Assembly: GCA_001949185.1 (NCBI GenBank)
Contig: BDGG01000005.1
Span: 1,787,249 to 1,851,248 of the forward strand
Source of the DNA: Ramazzottius varieornatus
Lineage: Eukaryota > Animalia > Tardigrada
Reading direction: 5' to 3'
DNA: 64,000 nucleotides
Shown here piece by piece: positions 62,301-64,000 of the stretch. Numbering within the stretch: the first letter of the stretch is position 1; every line of letters begins with the position of its first letter. The translations under genes were made by a program, and so were the position numbers. The notes beneath the pieces were generated by a model. The model was given only the letters and a program-made list of their open reading frames with translations. It made no database searches and was not told the origin of the DNA.

Positions 62301-63940
62301 AAAACTTGGTCTGGAGAACAAGGTTTTGGAACATCGTGGTGAGCTTCTGGTTGGGCCGGTTTACTCCGATGTAGACTTGCCTGCCAGTGATTTTGCTGAC
62401 GGCTGGTACGGCATACGTGATGGCAACACCTAATCCCCAAGCGTCGAGATAAGGCGCTGTCCATAATCCTTCCCACTCCATTGTCCGCTGGGACAAGTAG
62501 TCAAAGTATGGCCGCATCTTATTGATCAAGTCCTCTCCCGTTTCCAATCGCACCATCACGCCACCATTCGCGCAAGACAAGTTCCCAGGAAAGACTTCGC
62601 CCTCGTCCACCGTCAAGAAGCTGAATATGCGAGCCTATGGAACGTATGCATCATTACGCGAAAAACCTTTACCGGCTTTGTGTCACACTAGTATATGGGA
62701 ATCCGCCAAGCAGACCCCATAACATCGTTTCCCCAGGTGGCGCACGTTTTCGGTTTTCCTGGCTGAGAGTGTGCGCCAGTTGAAATCTAGTATTTTGCTC
62801 AGTTTATTTACCTTGGGAAAAATTTTGGCATTTCTGTTTTCCGCCACGTTCCATACTTTGGTCCAGTTGTATCGACATACCGGTCCCGGAACATCTACCA
62901 CAACCAACACGTTATCATAACGATGACACACATACATGGTAAACGAACATTCAGCGAAGCTTACATCCGGAACGGGTGTAGTAGCCCGGCGCACAGCGAA
63001 CTTCCTCGTTGTCGATGTCTAGAAAAACAGAGCATAAATTTTTCGAGTTGCACAATGTCGTAAAGGAGGTTGAAGCAGCGGACCTTTTCCATCTGTAACG
63101 AAGACTATAATACTCTGACAATGCGAGCGACGGGTGCTTTGCAGTAGATCGAACGCAATACGGAATCCAATCCTTGAGGAAGGAACCGGAAATAAAATTT
63201 TGGTTATCCAATAACATTGCTATATTCAGCCGAAGCCTTTCAGGAGATATGGTGAGCACGGTTCCATTATGAGCTCGTATGAGGAACGATGAACGGGTGA
63301 GATTATCGATTGAAAGGCCTGACCACTGATTATCCGCCAAATTCGCTCGGTTGACTTACTCGAGCTCCGATGTACCGCCGGCTTGTAGTTGGCTGACCTT
63401 TTCAATGAGGTCCTTGCGGTGAGCATTGGTGGCAGGTACTAATGATCCGGACTGACAGCCCAAAACCTCCGATGTGTAATAATGCCACCTATGGAACGAA
63501 GGGACATTCTGATCATGTAAAGTCATGAACGTCAGGGATCGATTAGGCCTCGTCGGACAAGTTACTTACAGTCCGACGGAATCCCAGTGGCTCTCTCTTG
63601 CGCAAACAACGTTAACCCAGTCTGTAAAAAGGGAAGCATGAGAAATTGTAAGTTGCTGTCCATTAAGCGTGATGAAAGGATACAAGAGCGCAGTAATTGA
63701 AAAGGCTCACTGCGACGCTGTGAGGAACTCACCAACCTTGCTTAGTCAGCGTGTTGATCACTGTGATAGCAACCGATTTGGCGATATCAAACTTCTTGCC
63801 AATCATCGAGGCACTGTCAGGAGAAAACTGAAGTGTCAGTTGATGTTTATTTTTCTTCAATTTCGGGAGAGAAAGTCCAGCAAACCTGCAGTCAAGTACT
63901 ATCACAACATCTTTCGGGCCGCTGGAAGCGGCGATATGCC
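59344..63940 (-). CDS. VWA and Cache domain protein (CACHD1/alpha2delta-like), 5' end beyond window
   Basis: GPKDVVIVLDCSASM (MIDAS), WTAPYLDAWGLG, IGVAGVDATL, FIINRQGETILHP, WTYVGMRSGVFRTYPG, NAYMDSAGVGKIITIS, CYLFDNEGYIL and a hydrophobic C-terminus. Confidence 0.88.
62092..62215. repeat. Palindromic intronic element copy 12 (CACHD1-like intron)
   Basis: GGGAGTTGGGCAAACAA..CCCAGGTGGCGCA-N27-TGCGCCACT..TGCCGAGTTCC. Confidence 0.88.
62697..62790. repeat. Palindromic intronic element copy 13 (CACHD1-like intron)
   Basis: ATCGTTTCCCCAGGTGGCGCA-N27-TGCGCCAGTTG. Confidence 0.82.
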
Positions 63941-64000
63941 TGCAAGAAAAACCCATGTCATTGATAATTCCAAAACGAATTTTCCATGAATAATTTACTT

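Noticed and set aside
1687-62790. Palindrome with variable spacer read as a CRISPR, attC or REP-like prokaryotic system
   Set aside because: The copies are dispersed in spliceosomal introns rather than arrayed, and no cas, integrase or RAYT gene is present.

Overview
This is a gene-dense eukaryotic (metazoan) window with short GT-AG introns of about 50-90 nt and two 50-N scaffold gaps. The compact architecture would fit a tardigrade-like genome, but that is inference only. Intact genes read by hand across introns: CNOT11, VPS33B, an Scm3/HJURP-domain protein, SNRPA1 (U2A'), a hemerythrin HHE protein, ILK, TIMM29, KDM1A/LSD1, TEX47-like, ALDH16A1, a paraxis/scleraxis-type HLH, a secreted Cys-peptide precursor, PPT1, three tandem orphan class A GPCRs and a 5'-partial CACHD1-like gene. 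There is also one atypical tRNA-Trp. Decayed material includes two head-to-head PHIP/BRWD-like remnants, a possible chromo-shadow remnant, an intron-bearing NDUFS2 pseudogene and several non-autonomous DNA transposons. The most striking unexplained signal is a ~125-bp palindromic element at 13 loci, almost always inside introns. Its AAGTGGCGCA/TGCGCCACTT half-sites and 27-nt spacing are conserved while the spacer sequence diverges. Other highlights are an Scm3 domain with both fungal and HJURP features, a microbial-type HHE protein with a mitochondrial-like presequence, a paraxis HLH lacking its DNA-binding residues, and a furin-released cationic 6-Cys peptide visible only after splicing. All homology calls come from motif recognition and no searches were run.
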